A stretch of 32,095 nucleotides of DNA from Candidatus Pacearchaeota archaeon (GCA_023140635.1 JAGLLG010000007.1:1-32095), one strand, 5' to 3'. Positions 7,373-15,241 are shown, numbered from the stretch's first letter. Program-made: numbers and translations. The notes: generated from the letters alone by a model not told the origin.

Positions 7373-8250
7373 TGGTAGCTCAGCAAGAAACTCACGTATC
7401 GGAAGCAAAGAAACAGAAAGTCAAAGAATTGGCTGCGCAGATGAAGAGAAAAACTGTCATGATTATTTCAATTAAGAGTTTGCCATCGGCACAGTTCCAA
7501 GATATTAAAAAGAAATTGAGAAGTAAAGCAAAAATTCAAGTTGCTAAGAAGAGTTTAGTGGATTTTGCACTTGATCATTGCGGGATAAAAGAACTTCATG
7601 GATTAGTCCCGTATGTTGACGACTCGACTGCTTTGTTGTTCTCCGACGCTGACGCATTCGAAATTTCAGGAATTCTTGCGGACGAGAAAAGTCCAGCAAA
7701 AGCGAAGGCTGGACAGATTGCTCCAAACGATATTGAAGTTAAAGCAGGACCTACAGAATTGATTCCAGGCCCGGATATTTCTGCATTGAGTGCTGTAGGA
7801 TTGATACCTAAAGTTGAGAATGGTAAGATTGCTGTTATGCAAGATAAAGTTATTGCTAAAGAGGGTGACGAAATAACTGAAGCTCTTGCTTCAATTATGG
7901 GAAAGTTGGACATCATTCCTTTCGAAGTAGGCGTTGAACCCGTCGCTGCTTATATGGGTGGAAAGGTTTATGCAGATATTAAAGTTGATAAAGTTGACGC
8001 CTTAGCTAGATTAGAAGAGAGTTTTGGACGTGCAATTGCATTTTCTGTTGAGTTAGGAATTATGAATGATTCTACTGTAGATTTTATCTTGGCTAAAGCA
8101 AATGCTCATGAAGGTGTTGTAACTAGAATCATAACTGGAGAGCCAGAGCCAGTTGCAGCAGTTGTTGAAGAAGCACCTGTAGCGGTGGAAGAAACTAAAA
8201 CGGAGGAACCTAAGCAAGAGTCTGCAGCAGGACTTGCTAGTTTGTTCTAA
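7372..8250 (+). CDS. rpl10: Ribosomal stalk protein L10 (P0)
   Basis: Its start overlaps the L1 stop. The acidic C-terminal tail ends in ..AAGLASLF, which is shared with L12/P1. Confidence 0.9.
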   Translation: MVAQQETHVSEAKKQKVKELAAQMKRKTVMIISIKSLPSAQFQDIKKKLRSKAKIQVAKKSLVDFALDHCGIKELHGLVPYVDDSTALLFSDADAFEISGILADEKSPAKAKAGQIAPNDIEVKAGPTELIPGPDISALSAVGLIPKVENGKIAVMQDKVIAKEGDEITEALASIMGKLDIIPFEVGVEPVAAYMGGKVYADIKVDKVDALARLEESFGRAIAFSVELGIMNDSTVDFILAKANAHEGVVTRIITGEPEPVAAVVEEAPVAVEETKTEEPKQESAAGLASLF

Positions 8251-8316
8251 TAATGGAAATGAAATTTAATACTCAATTAACTAAATCACAAGATAAGGTT
8301 AGTTTAGAATAAAAAA

Positions 8317-8607
8317 ATGGAATACACATATGCGGCACTTTTGTTGCACAAGGTTGGAAAAGATATCAACGAAGATAACTTGAAGGCTGTTATTTCCGCA
8401 ACTGGAGCTGAGGTTGACGAAGCAAAGGTTAAGGTTATGGTAGCGTCTTTAAGTGGCGTAGACATCGCAGACAAGCTTGCAAATGCATCTATCGCAGCAG
8501 CTCCGGCAGCTGGAAATGCAGAAACAACAGAAGCACCTAAAGAAGAAAAGAAGAAAGAAGAACCAAAAGCTGAAGCGGCTGAAGGTTTGGCTTCATTGTT
8601 CGGATAA
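8317..8607 (+). CDS. rpl12: Ribosomal stalk protein L12 (P1)
   Basis: [26 protein letters not shown].., an Ala/Glu-rich hinge, and the ..EGLASLFG terminus. Confidence 0.9.
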   Translation: MEYTYAALLLHKVGKDINEDNLKAVISATGAEVDEAKVKVMVASLSGVDIADKLANASIAAAPAAGNAETTEAPKEEKKKEEPKAEAAEGLASLFG

Positions 8608-8724
8608 ATTTCTTAGTTGAGATTTTAAGCTTTGAAGTTGAACTTAGTTTGCTTTAAGGCTGGAGAAGATGAAGTCGTTTTAGACTTGTCTTTTAGATAA
8701 TGAGGTTTTATTAGATGTGACTTT

Positions 8725-9312
8725 TTATTTATCAAACTCTTTAGCAATAAACACACCCATCACAGCACCCACTAAATTAAATACCAAATCTAACGCTGTG
8801 TTATAATACCCTCCAACTGCATCCGCAGCATCAGCGAATACAACCATTCCAAATTCAACAACCTCATTTAGAAGACCTACTCCTATCGCGGCAAGAATTG
8901 TAAAAATTATTAACGCTTTTGTTTGACCTTCCTTAAAATGTTTCTTTAACATAAAATAAACCAAGATTGCAAAAGCTACATAACAATAAACATGAATAAG
9001 TTGATCGTATTTCAAGATTACAAATTCCCCTCCGCCGTTAAAGAGAGGAATTAAAACTAAATCATACAATCTCGTTCCCCCGAAATAAAGCGCACCACCT
9101 AACATATGAGACACAATCCAAATTCCAAATAGCCAGATTGAGTAAACTGGGAAATCATAATATCTATCTGCCCGAAGAACCACATAATACAAAAGCCCGA
9201 CGACGACCGCATAACTTATGAACTCGTAATTTCCCAGAGAAACAAAGTAGATTAATAAACTTGAGAGAAACAGATAAATTAATATCGTTGGTAACCTTAA
9301 CCCCTTTTTCAT
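8725..9312 (-). CDS. Integral membrane protein (possibly DUF2238/YjdF-like)
   Basis: About 6 TM segments. The start is moved to ATG 9312 because the track start at 9318 is a TTG. A TTTATTAATA box lies about 20 nt upstream. The family call rests only on weak resemblance of ..LNEVVEFG..GGYYNTALDLVFNLVGA... Confidence 0.5.
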   Translation of the reverse strand: MKKGLRLPTILIYLFLSSLLIYFVSLGNYEFISYAVVVGLLYYVVLRADRYYDFPVYSIWLFGIWIVSHMLGGALYFGGTRLYDLVLIPLFNGGGEFVILKYDQLIHVYCYVAFAILVYFMLKKHFKEGQTKALIIFTILAAIGVGLLNEVVEFGMVVFADAADAVGGYYNTALDLVFNLVGAVMGVFIAKEFDK

Positions 9313-9349
9313 TTCCAAATAAACTCTAAGATATTAATAAATGTTTGGA

Positions 9350-9430
9350 CGCCCACACCAGGAATCGAACCTGGATGCCCCGGAGGGCCTGGTTTTCAAG
9401 ACCAGTGCAATACCATTATGCGATGTGGGC
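9350..9430 (-). tRNA. tRNA-Ser (anticodon UGA), 81 nt, type II with long variable arm, no encoded CCA
   Basis: Folded by hand. Acceptor GCCCACA/TGTGGGC, D arm GCA-TAATGGTAT-TGC, anticodon arm CTGGT-CTTGAAA-ACCAG, variable arm GCCCTCCGGGGCAT, T arm CCAGG-TTCGATT-CCTGG, discriminator G. Confidence 0.85.
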
Positions 9431-9484
9431 CTTTCCTTCAGTCTTTGAACATCATCGCATTCGCGTAAGCGAGACCGAAGGGAC

Positions 9485-9498
9485 TATGCGATGTGGGC
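9485..9498 (-). repeat. Orphan exact copy of nt 1-14 of tRNA-Ser(UGA), 68 nt upstream of the real 5' end
   Basis: tatgcgatgtgggc at 9485..9498 is identical to 9417..9430. Confidence 0.9.
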
Positions 9499-9516
9499 TT
9501 TGTTTATTATCTTGGA

Positions 9517-9528
9517 ACGCTCGTACCC
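9517..9528 (-). repeat. Orphan exact copy of the 3' end (T-stem/acceptor) of tRNA-Ser(CGA), 106 nt downstream of the original
   Basis: acgctcgtaccc at 9517..9528 is identical to 9623..9634. Confidence 0.85.
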
Positions 9529-9593
9529 GGACTTACAATTTGCATCTCCCAAAAAGATTCTGAACTTTTGTTTTGGTCGAAGCGAATTGCTCG

Positions 9594-9610
9594 GAATCGA
9601 ACTTCGATTC
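9594..9610. repeat. Perfect 17-nt palindrome GAATCGAA-c-TTCGATTC between the two tRNA genes
   Basis: Read directly from the sequence. It contains a T-loop-like TTCGATTC on both strands, so it may be a hairpin or a decayed T-arm. Confidence 0.8.
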
Positions 9611-9623
9611 GTTCTACGAGTTA

Positions 9624-9704
9624 CGCTCGTACCCCGAATCGAACGGGGATGCCCCGAAAGGCCGCGGGTTCGAGCCGCGTGCGATACCATTACGCGATAC
9701 GAGC
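9624..9704 (-). tRNA. tRNA-Ser (anticodon CGA), 81 nt, type II, no encoded CCA
   Basis: Folded by hand. Acceptor GCTCGTA/TACGAGC, D arm GCG-TAATGGTAT-CGC, anticodon arm CGCGG-CTCGAAC-CCGCG, variable arm GCCTTTCGGGGCAT, T arm CCCCG-TTCGATT-CGGGG, discriminator G. Confidence 0.85.
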
Positions 9705-9744
9705 TTTCTAAGTATTGCGTCCATGAAACATTTCTAATGTTACT

Positions 9745-9758
9745 TTACGCGATACGAG
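9745..9758 (-). repeat. Orphan exact copy of nt 2-15 of tRNA-Ser(CGA), 55 nt upstream of the original
   Basis: ttacgcgatacgag at 9745..9758 is identical to 9690..9703. Confidence 0.9.
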
Positions 9759-9780
9759 TCTAACTATTTTGGGAGGAGAA

Positions 9781-9793
9781 GGTTTTTAAATTT
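9781..9793. promoter_or_regulatory. Shared A/T box GGTTTTTAAATTT placed to serve both directions
   Basis: It lies 22 nt from the orphan tRNA fragment start (9759, minus strand) and about 20 nt from ATG 9812 (plus strand). Confidence 0.45.
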
Positions 9794-9811
9794 GTTTAAC
9801 TATGAATTAAA

Positions 9812-10015
9812 ATGCTAGAAACTATTTTGAAAAAAACTAATCTCCGGGATGTTTTTATTGGGATCACCGCGGCTTTTGCAATTATTTGTGTTTGGAGGGG
9901 TAGCTGGAATTTATTGGACAAATTTTTGTTACCCAGGAATTTTATCTTAAGTCAACTTAGTTCAATCGTCTTAGGAGTTTCAATATTAATAATTATGTCG
10001 AGGTATAAATCATGA
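9812..10015 (+). CDS. Small membrane protein (67 aa), hypothetical
   Basis: Two hydrophobic segments. The stop overlaps the cyclophilin ATG (ATGA). Confidence 0.4.
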   Translation: MLETILKKTNLRDVFIGITAAFAIICVWRGSWNLLDKFLLPRNFILSQLSSIVLGVSILIIMSRYKS

Positions 10016-10587
10016 ATAAAAAGAAATCTAAAAACCTTCTTAAAAATAAAAGAGTAGCAATATTTATAATAGCAGTTTTACTTGTTAGTTTTACAGTATT
10101 TGTTATAAATATGGTAGAAAATATTTCCCCTAAAAATACGAAAGTGAAATTAGAGACAAACGTAGGAGATATTGTTATAGAACTCTATTCAGATATGCCA
10201 ATTACAACAGGGAATTTTAAAAAGTTAATTGAGGAAGGATTTTACGACAGTGTAATTTTTCATAGAGTAATTAAGAATTTTATGATTCAAGGTGGTGATC
10301 CAATGGGAACTGGAATGGGCGGACCAGGATATACAATCGAGGATGAGTTTGGAACAGGACATTCGAATGTTCCTGGAACAATCGCTATGGCAAATGCAGG
10401 ACCTAATACTGGGGGGAGTCAGTTCTTTATTAATGTCGCAGATAATTCGTTTTTAGATGGGAAGCACCCTGTTTTTGGTGAAGTTACAGAGGGAATGGAT
10501 ATTGTTCAAGGCATTAGTGAAGCAGCAACAGGAGCTCGGGATAAACCTATTCAAGAGATTAAGATAGTCAAGGCGAGTATTATCTAA
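10012..10587 (+). CDS. Cyclophilin-type peptidyl-prolyl isomerase with N-terminal membrane anchor
   Basis: ..[27 protein letters not shown]...[20 protein letters not shown].., preceded by the TM helix [18 protein letters not shown]. Confidence 0.9.
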   Translation: MNKKKSKNLLKNKRVAIFIIAVLLVSFTVFVINMVENISPKNTKVKLETNVGDIVIELYSDMPITTGNFKKLIEEGFYDSVIFHRVIKNFMIQGGDPMGTGMGGPGYTIEDEFGTGHSNVPGTIAMANAGPNTGGSQFFINVADNSFLDGKHPVFGEVTEGMDIVQGISEAATGARDKPIQEIKIVKASII

Positions 10588-12058
10588 TTTTAATCGGTTT
10601 GAATTCTTTTAGAAACTTTAAAGCCTCTTTCATTTTTGTTCGACTTTCAGTATAAAGAGTTAAAATGGACTCACCCTTTTTTATCTTTCCAACATGCTTA
10701 TGGAGATAAGTTCCTGAAGAAACTGTTTCTGGAGTTCCGAGAACTCGACATAATGAATTAATCCCTTCGTTGCTAATTTCAGTTATTTTTCCATTTCGTT
10801 TTGCCCGGATTATCTTTTTATGTCTTGCAAGTTGGAGGGAGTTGATTCTTTTGTTAAAATCTTTCTTTCCATTTTGAGCATTGATAATTTCCTTGAATTT
10901 TTCATAAGCTTTTCCAGATGCCAAGATATCCTCAGCCTTCTTTCGCGCATTTTTTATATTGCAAAGTTTCAGAAGTTCAGCAGAAAGAAATAAGGACTTT
11001 TCCTTTAGATCATCTGGTAAATTAGGAGAATTTTGTAAGACTAATAAAATATCTAACATTTCTAGAGTTGGTCCGAACCCATTTCCAATTGGCTCTGAAC
11101 CTTTCGTGCAGACTACTTTGATTTTTAATTTGAAACTTCTTGAAACTTCTTGAAACTTAATTCCTAGCTTCTTTGCTTTTTCAAGTGTTGAGATTTTTGC
11201 ACCTTTCCCATAAGGAATATCTATAAGAATATATTTCGAACCTGCCGCTACCTTCTTTGAGATTATTGATGCAATAAGTTGGGGCTCGATGTCAAGATTA
11301 AGTAATCGCTCAACCCGGATTATTTTATCATCAGAGGGTGCGAGTCCTAATGAACCTCCCCAAGCTAAACATGCTCCTGTTTTTTGGACAGTAGATTTTA
11401 GATCTTCTATGGAAAGTTCAACTTTGGAAATTGTCTCTATTACATCTGCAGTTCCCGAAGCAGAAGTTATGGCACGTGAGGAGGTTTTTGGGATAACTAA
11501 TCCTGCCGCCGCACAAATAGCTACAACTATAGGGGTTGTTCTGTTTCCCGCAATTCCCCCTATACAATGTTTGTCCGCAGTATATTTTCCTCCGAACTTT
11601 AGCTTAGCCCCTGTTTTTACCATCGCCTTTGTTAAATTAATCATTTCTTTTACAGACATTCCATTGAGTTTTTCTGCAGCAGTAAAATATGCAATTTCAG
11701 CCTCAGTTAGATTATTATGAACGATTTCAGAAATGAGATAATAAAGTTCTTCTTTAGTTAATTGCTTACCTTGCATTTTTTTCTTGATTAAGAAAGTTGC
11801 GTCAGAAAGCTCAGAAGTGCTAACCTTAACATATGATCTATCTTTTAATTCAAGAACATCGCTTAATTCCTTAGATAAACCTATCTGATTTTTCCTGATA
11901 ACTTTTGGGAAAATATCAACTATAGCATAAACTTTTTTAGAGTTTGTAATCGCAACCCGATCATTAGCAAAAACATTCATCTTTTTTGCGGTTTTATCAT
12001 TAAGAATAGCTACTGGCCGACCGGCCAACCAATTAAGATTTTTAATTTTTAACTTCAT
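10580..12058 (-). CDS. deoA: AMP phosphorylase / thymidine-phosphorylase family (archaeal DeoA type with extra N-terminal domain)
   Basis: 492 aa. The N-terminal [37 protein letters not shown] resembles the AMPpase-specific domain. The core has ..[18 protein letters not shown].., ..[15 protein letters not shown].. and ..[13 protein letters not shown]... Confidence 0.85.
   Translation of the reverse strand: MKLKIKNLNWLAGRPVAILNDKTAKKMNVFANDRVAITNSKKVYAIVDIFPKVIRKNQIGLSKELSDVLELKDRSYVKVSTSELSDATFLIKKKMQGKQLTKEELYYLISEIVHNNLTEAEIAYFTAAEKLNGMSVKEMINLTKAMVKTGAKLKFGGKYTADKHCIGGIAGNRTTPIVVAICAAAGLVIPKTSSRAITSASGTADVIETISKVELSIEDLKSTVQKTGACLAWGGSLGLAPSDDKIIRVERLLNLDIEPQLIASIISKKVAAGSKYILIDIPYGKGAKISTLEKAKKLGIKFQEVSRSFKLKIKVVCTKGSEPIGNGFGPTLEMLDILLVLQNSPNLPDDLKEKSLFLSAELLKLCNIKNARKKAEDILASGKAYEKFKEIINAQNGKKDFNKRINSLQLARHKKIIRAKRNGKITEISNEGINSLCRVLGTPETVSSGTYLHKHVGKIKKGESILTLYTESRTKMKEALKFLKEFKPIKIR
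11131..11158. repeat. Tandem 10-nt repeat (tgaaacttct x2 plus a partial third copy) inside the AMP phosphorylase CDS
   Basis: tgaaacttct tgaaacttct tgaaactt read directly from the sequence. The unit length is not a multiple of 3. Confidence 0.9.
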
Positions 12059-12067
12059 TCAAGACTT

Positions 12068-13084
12068 TTATTTATTAAACAATTCGTTTAATTTACCCTC
12101 TTTGTAAAACTCGATGATAATTAAAACATAAGCAAGAATAAGTGGGCCAAGAATTAGACCTGCAATTCCAAAGAAATAGAGCCCTCCAATAGTTCCAATT
12201 ACACTTAACGCAATTGGGAGACCGGATCCCCTAGAGAGAAAATAAGGTCTAAGAATATTATCGATTATTGATACAAAGAAGAATCCATAAAGTAATATAA
12301 AAAATCCTGAAAAAGTATTGCCCGTTACAATTAAGAAAATTCCAACTGGAAGCCAGACTAACCACGAACCTAAAACAGGGATTATTGAAACTATACAAGC
12401 GATGAATGTAAGAACCAATGCTTTTGGAACTCCTAAGAAAAATAGGCAGATACCCACGGCAAGACCTTGAATGATCCCTATTAGAATTTGACCAAAAATA
12501 AGTGCATGTGTTATACCCTTAAACTCTTCCATAAATTTCCCCCCGGTAGGTTTAGAGAAAGGAGAAAGATTAGATAAATATTCTTTTAGTTTGTCCAAGT
12601 CTCTTATTGTAAAATAAAATACAAAGAGAAAGACTGAGAACTGAAGAAGGAAGGAAGGAAGATTGACTAAGAAAATTGTGAATTGGTTTAATACTGTTGA
12701 AAAGATTTTCCCAATAATATTATCTAGATTCATTGCGAGAGAAGTTGCGACATCTCCTTGGATAAATTCTTGGAGCAGACTATTAAAATTAAAATTTTGC
12801 AAAAGGACATAAGTATCGAATAGTTGTTTGACTAATGAAGGAACGATATAGATTAGGGGAATGACGATGATTGCAGTTAGTCCTATGATAACAATTAAGG
12901 CAGAAAGGCTTTTCCATTTGAGATGCTTTTGAATTTTTTTATAAACTGGGCTAAGAATGTACCCGAAAAGTAATCCAAAGAGAATGGAAATAACGATAGG
13001 TTTCAAAATAAGAAAAGCTATGACAAAAATTCCAAAGATAAGTAATCCTGCCATCCCCTGTTTCATAATTTTACTATCTCCCAT
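12068..13084 (-). CDS. AI-2E family transporter (PerM/UPF0118)
   Basis: About 8 TM segments, and the characteristic C-terminal block ..IIQGLAVGICLFFLGVPKALVLTFIACIVSIIPVLGSWLVWLP... Confidence 0.8.
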   Translation of the reverse strand: MGDSKIMKQGMAGLLIFGIFVIAFLILKPIVISILFGLLFGYILSPVYKKIQKHLKWKSLSALIVIIGLTAIIVIPLIYIVPSLVKQLFDTYVLLQNFNFNSLLQEFIQGDVATSLAMNLDNIIGKIFSTVLNQFTIFLVNLPSFLLQFSVFLFVFYFTIRDLDKLKEYLSNLSPFSKPTGGKFMEEFKGITHALIFGQILIGIIQGLAVGICLFFLGVPKALVLTFIACIVSIIPVLGSWLVWLPVGIFLIVTGNTFSGFFILLYGFFFVSIIDNILRPYFLSRGSGLPIALSVIGTIGGLYFFGIAGLILGPLILAYVLIIIEFYKEGKLNELFNK

Positions 13085-13101
13085 AAGATTATAGCGATTA
13101 A

Positions 13102-13113
13102 GATTTTATAAAC
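13102..13113 (-). promoter_or_regulatory. GTTTATAAAATC box about 20 nt upstream of the AI-2E ATG
   Basis: Consensus box with leaderless spacing. Confidence 0.45.
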
Positions 13114-13172
13114 GTTGGGAAATTCCCCAAAGATTCCAATGATAACAAAAAATATTTTAAATCTCACAGAAG

Positions 13173-13181
13173 TTTTATAAA
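13173..13181 (+). promoter_or_regulatory. TTTTATAAA box 22 nt upstream of ATG 13203
   Basis: Consensus box with leaderless spacing. Confidence 0.45.
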
Positions 13182-13202
13182 GGAGTTTTATGTTTTCAAA
13201 GA

Positions 13203-13904
13203 ATGACAATGAAGAAAATTTTTGAGGGTGTTTTTGATGAAGAAGTTCATACGAATTTTTTAAAGTTTGGCCGGGGAGATCATAAGAATAAATATTTAAT
13301 TGAAGGAAAGAGGCAAGCGAAAAAATGGGCGATTAAAGCTGGTGCGGAGTACGCAAATTTTTTGGTGCGGAGATGTTTAGAAAAGATTAATGGATCTGTT
13401 AATATTAAGGGGGTTATAGTTTCTACCTCAGACCTAAGAAATGAAATTGATTTTGAGATTAAAAAGGTCAGTAATTTCCAAGGTGTTCGAAAACATATAA
13501 TAGACACTGAAATTAAATCTTCTCAGATTTTGGATTTAATGGTTAAGTATCCTAGAGTTTTTTTTGCGTTGAGTTTTAAGGGAGATGGTTTTGTCTTAAA
13601 AATAAAACCAAAAGGCCCTAAAACTGAGAAGAAAGGAAAAGATGGTGAAGCACCAGTTGTAGATTTTTGTTCTTTAAAAACAGAGAATAAGGAGATTATT
13701 AAAGAATTATTTTTTAGCGTTGGTGATTTTCAAGAGGTTTATATTAATCATACAATTAATATTACAGACATCATATATCCTACAAATGTAGAAAACCTAA
13801 AACCCACAGAAATCAGAGAATTAGCGAAGAAAAAGGGAATTCTTATTAGAAACGTTAATGCTGATGGAATTGAAAAGACGAGTGAAGCTGAATTTGTGGT
13901 TTAG
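13203..13904 (+). CDS. Hypothetical protein (233 aa)
   Basis: Long ORF with a correctly spaced promoter box. No motif I recognise. Confidence 0.5.
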   Translation: MTMKKIFEGVFDEEVHTNFLKFGRGDHKNKYLIEGKRQAKKWAIKAGAEYANFLVRRCLEKINGSVNIKGVIVSTSDLRNEIDFEIKKVSNFQGVRKHIIDTEIKSSQILDLMVKYPRVFFALSFKGDGFVLKIKPKGPKTEKKGKDGEAPVVDFCSLKTENKEIIKELFFSVGDFQEVYINHTINITDIIYPTNVENLKPTEIRELAKKKGILIRNVNADGIEKTSEAEFVV

Positions 13905-13938
13905 GAAGATTTAAATAAGAGAACCAATTAAATCATAT

Positions 13939-14310
13939 ATGAGAATTGATTGGGTTGCCGTCGGAGGAATTATTATTGTTACTCTTCTTTTAGGTGCTGT
14001 CCTTTGGGGAGTTCCAAATTATAAAGTTTATTCTAGAGAGTTAAATGGAAAGGCACAACTAAAAGAGGCTGAGTGGAACAGGCAGATTGCGATTCAGGAA
14101 GCGGAGGCATTAAAAGAATCGGCAAAATTAAAAGCCGAAGCGGAGGTTACGAGGGCAAAAGGAATTGCAGAGGCCAATGAAATTATTTCTAAAAGTTTGA
14201 CTAAAGAATATATTCAGTATAAGTTTGTTGAGGGATTGAACGATGGAAATACTGAAGTGATATACGTACCAACAGAAGCTAATCTACCAATTTTAGAAGC
14301 ACGAGGTTGA
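13939..14310 (+). CDS. Single-pass membrane protein with coiled-coil region, SPFH C-terminus-like
   Basis: N-terminal TM helix VAVGGIIIVTLLLGAVLWGV, then AEAL..AEAEVTRAKGIAEAN.. and ..EVIYVPTEANLPIL. This resembles the tail of band-7/prohibitin proteins, but the SPFH core is absent. Confidence 0.45.
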   Translation: MRIDWVAVGGIIIVTLLLGAVLWGVPNYKVYSRELNGKAQLKEAEWNRQIAIQEAEALKESAKLKAEAEVTRAKGIAEANEIISKSLTKEYIQYKFVEGLNDGNTEVIYVPTEANLPILEARG

Positions 14311-14325
14311 GTTCAAATTTTGAAC
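14311..14325. terminator. Palindrome GTTCAAA-t-TTTGAAC between convergent genes
   Basis: It spans the gap between the stop at 14308..14310 (+) and the stop at 14313..14315 (-). It may be a bidirectional hairpin. Confidence 0.35.
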
Positions 14326-14561
14326 CAATCCAATTTATCCAACTTATCCAACTTCTTAATCTGACATTCAGCTTTCTGTGCATCAGATCTATCAACACAT
14401 TCTCGAGCCCGTAATAGTTTCTTAAATTTTTTACGACAAACATATTTGCTACCTTTCCCTTCGGCATGGGTTTTCATTCGTTTATCAATATCATTTGTAA
14501 CACCAGTATAAAAAGAACCGTCTTGACATTCGAGAATATATACAAACCAAGACTTTTTCAT
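14313..14561 (-). CDS. GIY-YIG nuclease-domain protein (UPF0213/YhbQ-like, 82 aa)
   Basis: WFVYILECQDGSFYTGVTNDIDKRMKTHAEGKGSKY.. is the GIY-YIG signature. The C-terminus carries a KLDKLDKLD tandem repeat. Confidence 0.8.
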   Translation of the reverse strand: MKKSWFVYILECQDGSFYTGVTNDIDKRMKTHAEGKGSKYVCRKKFKKLLRARECVDRSDAQKAECQIKKLDKLDKLDWFKI

Positions 14562-15211
14562 TGATTATCCAATCCCTTTCGTTTGGCACAAGCTGAGCAA
14601 ATCAGGGCCGTGTCTTTTAACGACATATAATATCGATTACCTTCTTCCAAAATATCATTAAACTTCCCCCATCCTTCTTCGATTGTCAGTTTTCCCGAGA
14701 CAACCTTCCCAGGGACCATCGACGCCCTCTCCAAAATATCCGTCCTCTTTCGAAACATATTATAATGATAAAGATTCGGCTTCGCTGTCTTCGAAATCTT
14801 TTTCCCGCAAAGTTTACAACTGTTTTGAGTCATAAGGAGTTCCTGTTCTCGAATCGCCCACTGAAGCTGAAAGTCCGCATCCTGAATAAGATGCTTATAA
14901 TTCCCTATCCCCCCAAGCCGTCGAAAAGTTAATGTAATTTCTTCATTAGAATTATCCTTATTTTTTACAATGATCTCTCCGATCTTTTTACTATATCTCC
15001 AAATCGGATATTTCTTTCCATCCCCTGGCGTTGTTGAAGGCTTGCCAATTCTATAACCTCTTGATCCAGCTTTGATTTTCCCGATAGTCACCTCTTTCTT
15101 CCGAATAACACCCCTTACTTTTTTTTCGGTCGCTTTTCTCTCTACTGTTTTTTCTTTCTTAGAAATATATCCTTCTTCCCCCGGAAGAAAGCTAGGAGTT
15201 TTTATGGCCAT
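14558..15211 (-). CDS. Hypothetical zinc-ribbon protein (two CxxC pairs), co-transcribed with the GIY-YIG gene
   Basis: The start is moved to ATG 15211 because the track start at 15223 is a TTG. A TTTAATAAAC box lies at 15232..15241. The protein has CKLCGKK..HYN.. and ..CSACAKRKG. Its stop overlaps the GIY-YIG start (ATGA). Confidence 0.5.
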   Translation of the reverse strand: MAIKTPSFLPGEEGYISKKEKTVERKATEKKVRGVIRKKEVTIGKIKAGSRGYRIGKPSTTPGDGKKYPIWRYSKKIGEIIVKNKDNSNEEITLTFRRLGGIGNYKHLIQDADFQLQWAIREQELLMTQNSCKLCGKKISKTAKPNLYHYNMFRKRTDILERASMVPGKVVSGKLTIEEGWGKFNDILEEGNRYYMSLKDTALICSACAKRKGLDNQ

Positions 15212-15231
15212 AAGAGGATACAACGAAATTA

Positions 15232-15241
15232 GTTTATTAAA
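15232..15241 (-). promoter_or_regulatory. TTTAATAAAC box about 21 nt upstream of ATG 15211
   Basis: Spacing matches the other promoters in the window. Confidence 0.4.

Noticed and set aside
9438-9456. C/D-box sRNA-like elements (GATGATG and CTGA) in the tRNA-Ser(UGA) leader
   Set aside because: The boxes are only about 7 nt apart, there is no second box pair or terminal stem, and the putative guide does not pair cleanly with the tRNA.
9431-9498. Non-canonical tRNA intron or split-tRNA reading of the orphan 5' fragments (upstream copy as the true 5' exon)
   Set aside because: The proximal copies already give uninterrupted cloverleaves. I could not build a bulge-helix-bulge motif at either repeat boundary. 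The flanks of the orphan and full copies are similar to each other, as expected for tandem duplication. It remains listed as an alternative to test.
9345-9763. Four ORFs of 68-90 aa overlapping the tRNA region
   Set aside because: The region folds into two complete type II tRNA-Ser cloverleaves on the minus strand. The ORFs are by-products of the local high G+C.
14327-14353. 9-nt tandem repeat (tatccaact x2 plus a degenerate copy) as a possible regulatory or CRISPR-like repeat
   Set aside because: It lies inside the GIY-YIG CDS, is in frame (KLD repeats), and has only about three units with no spacers.
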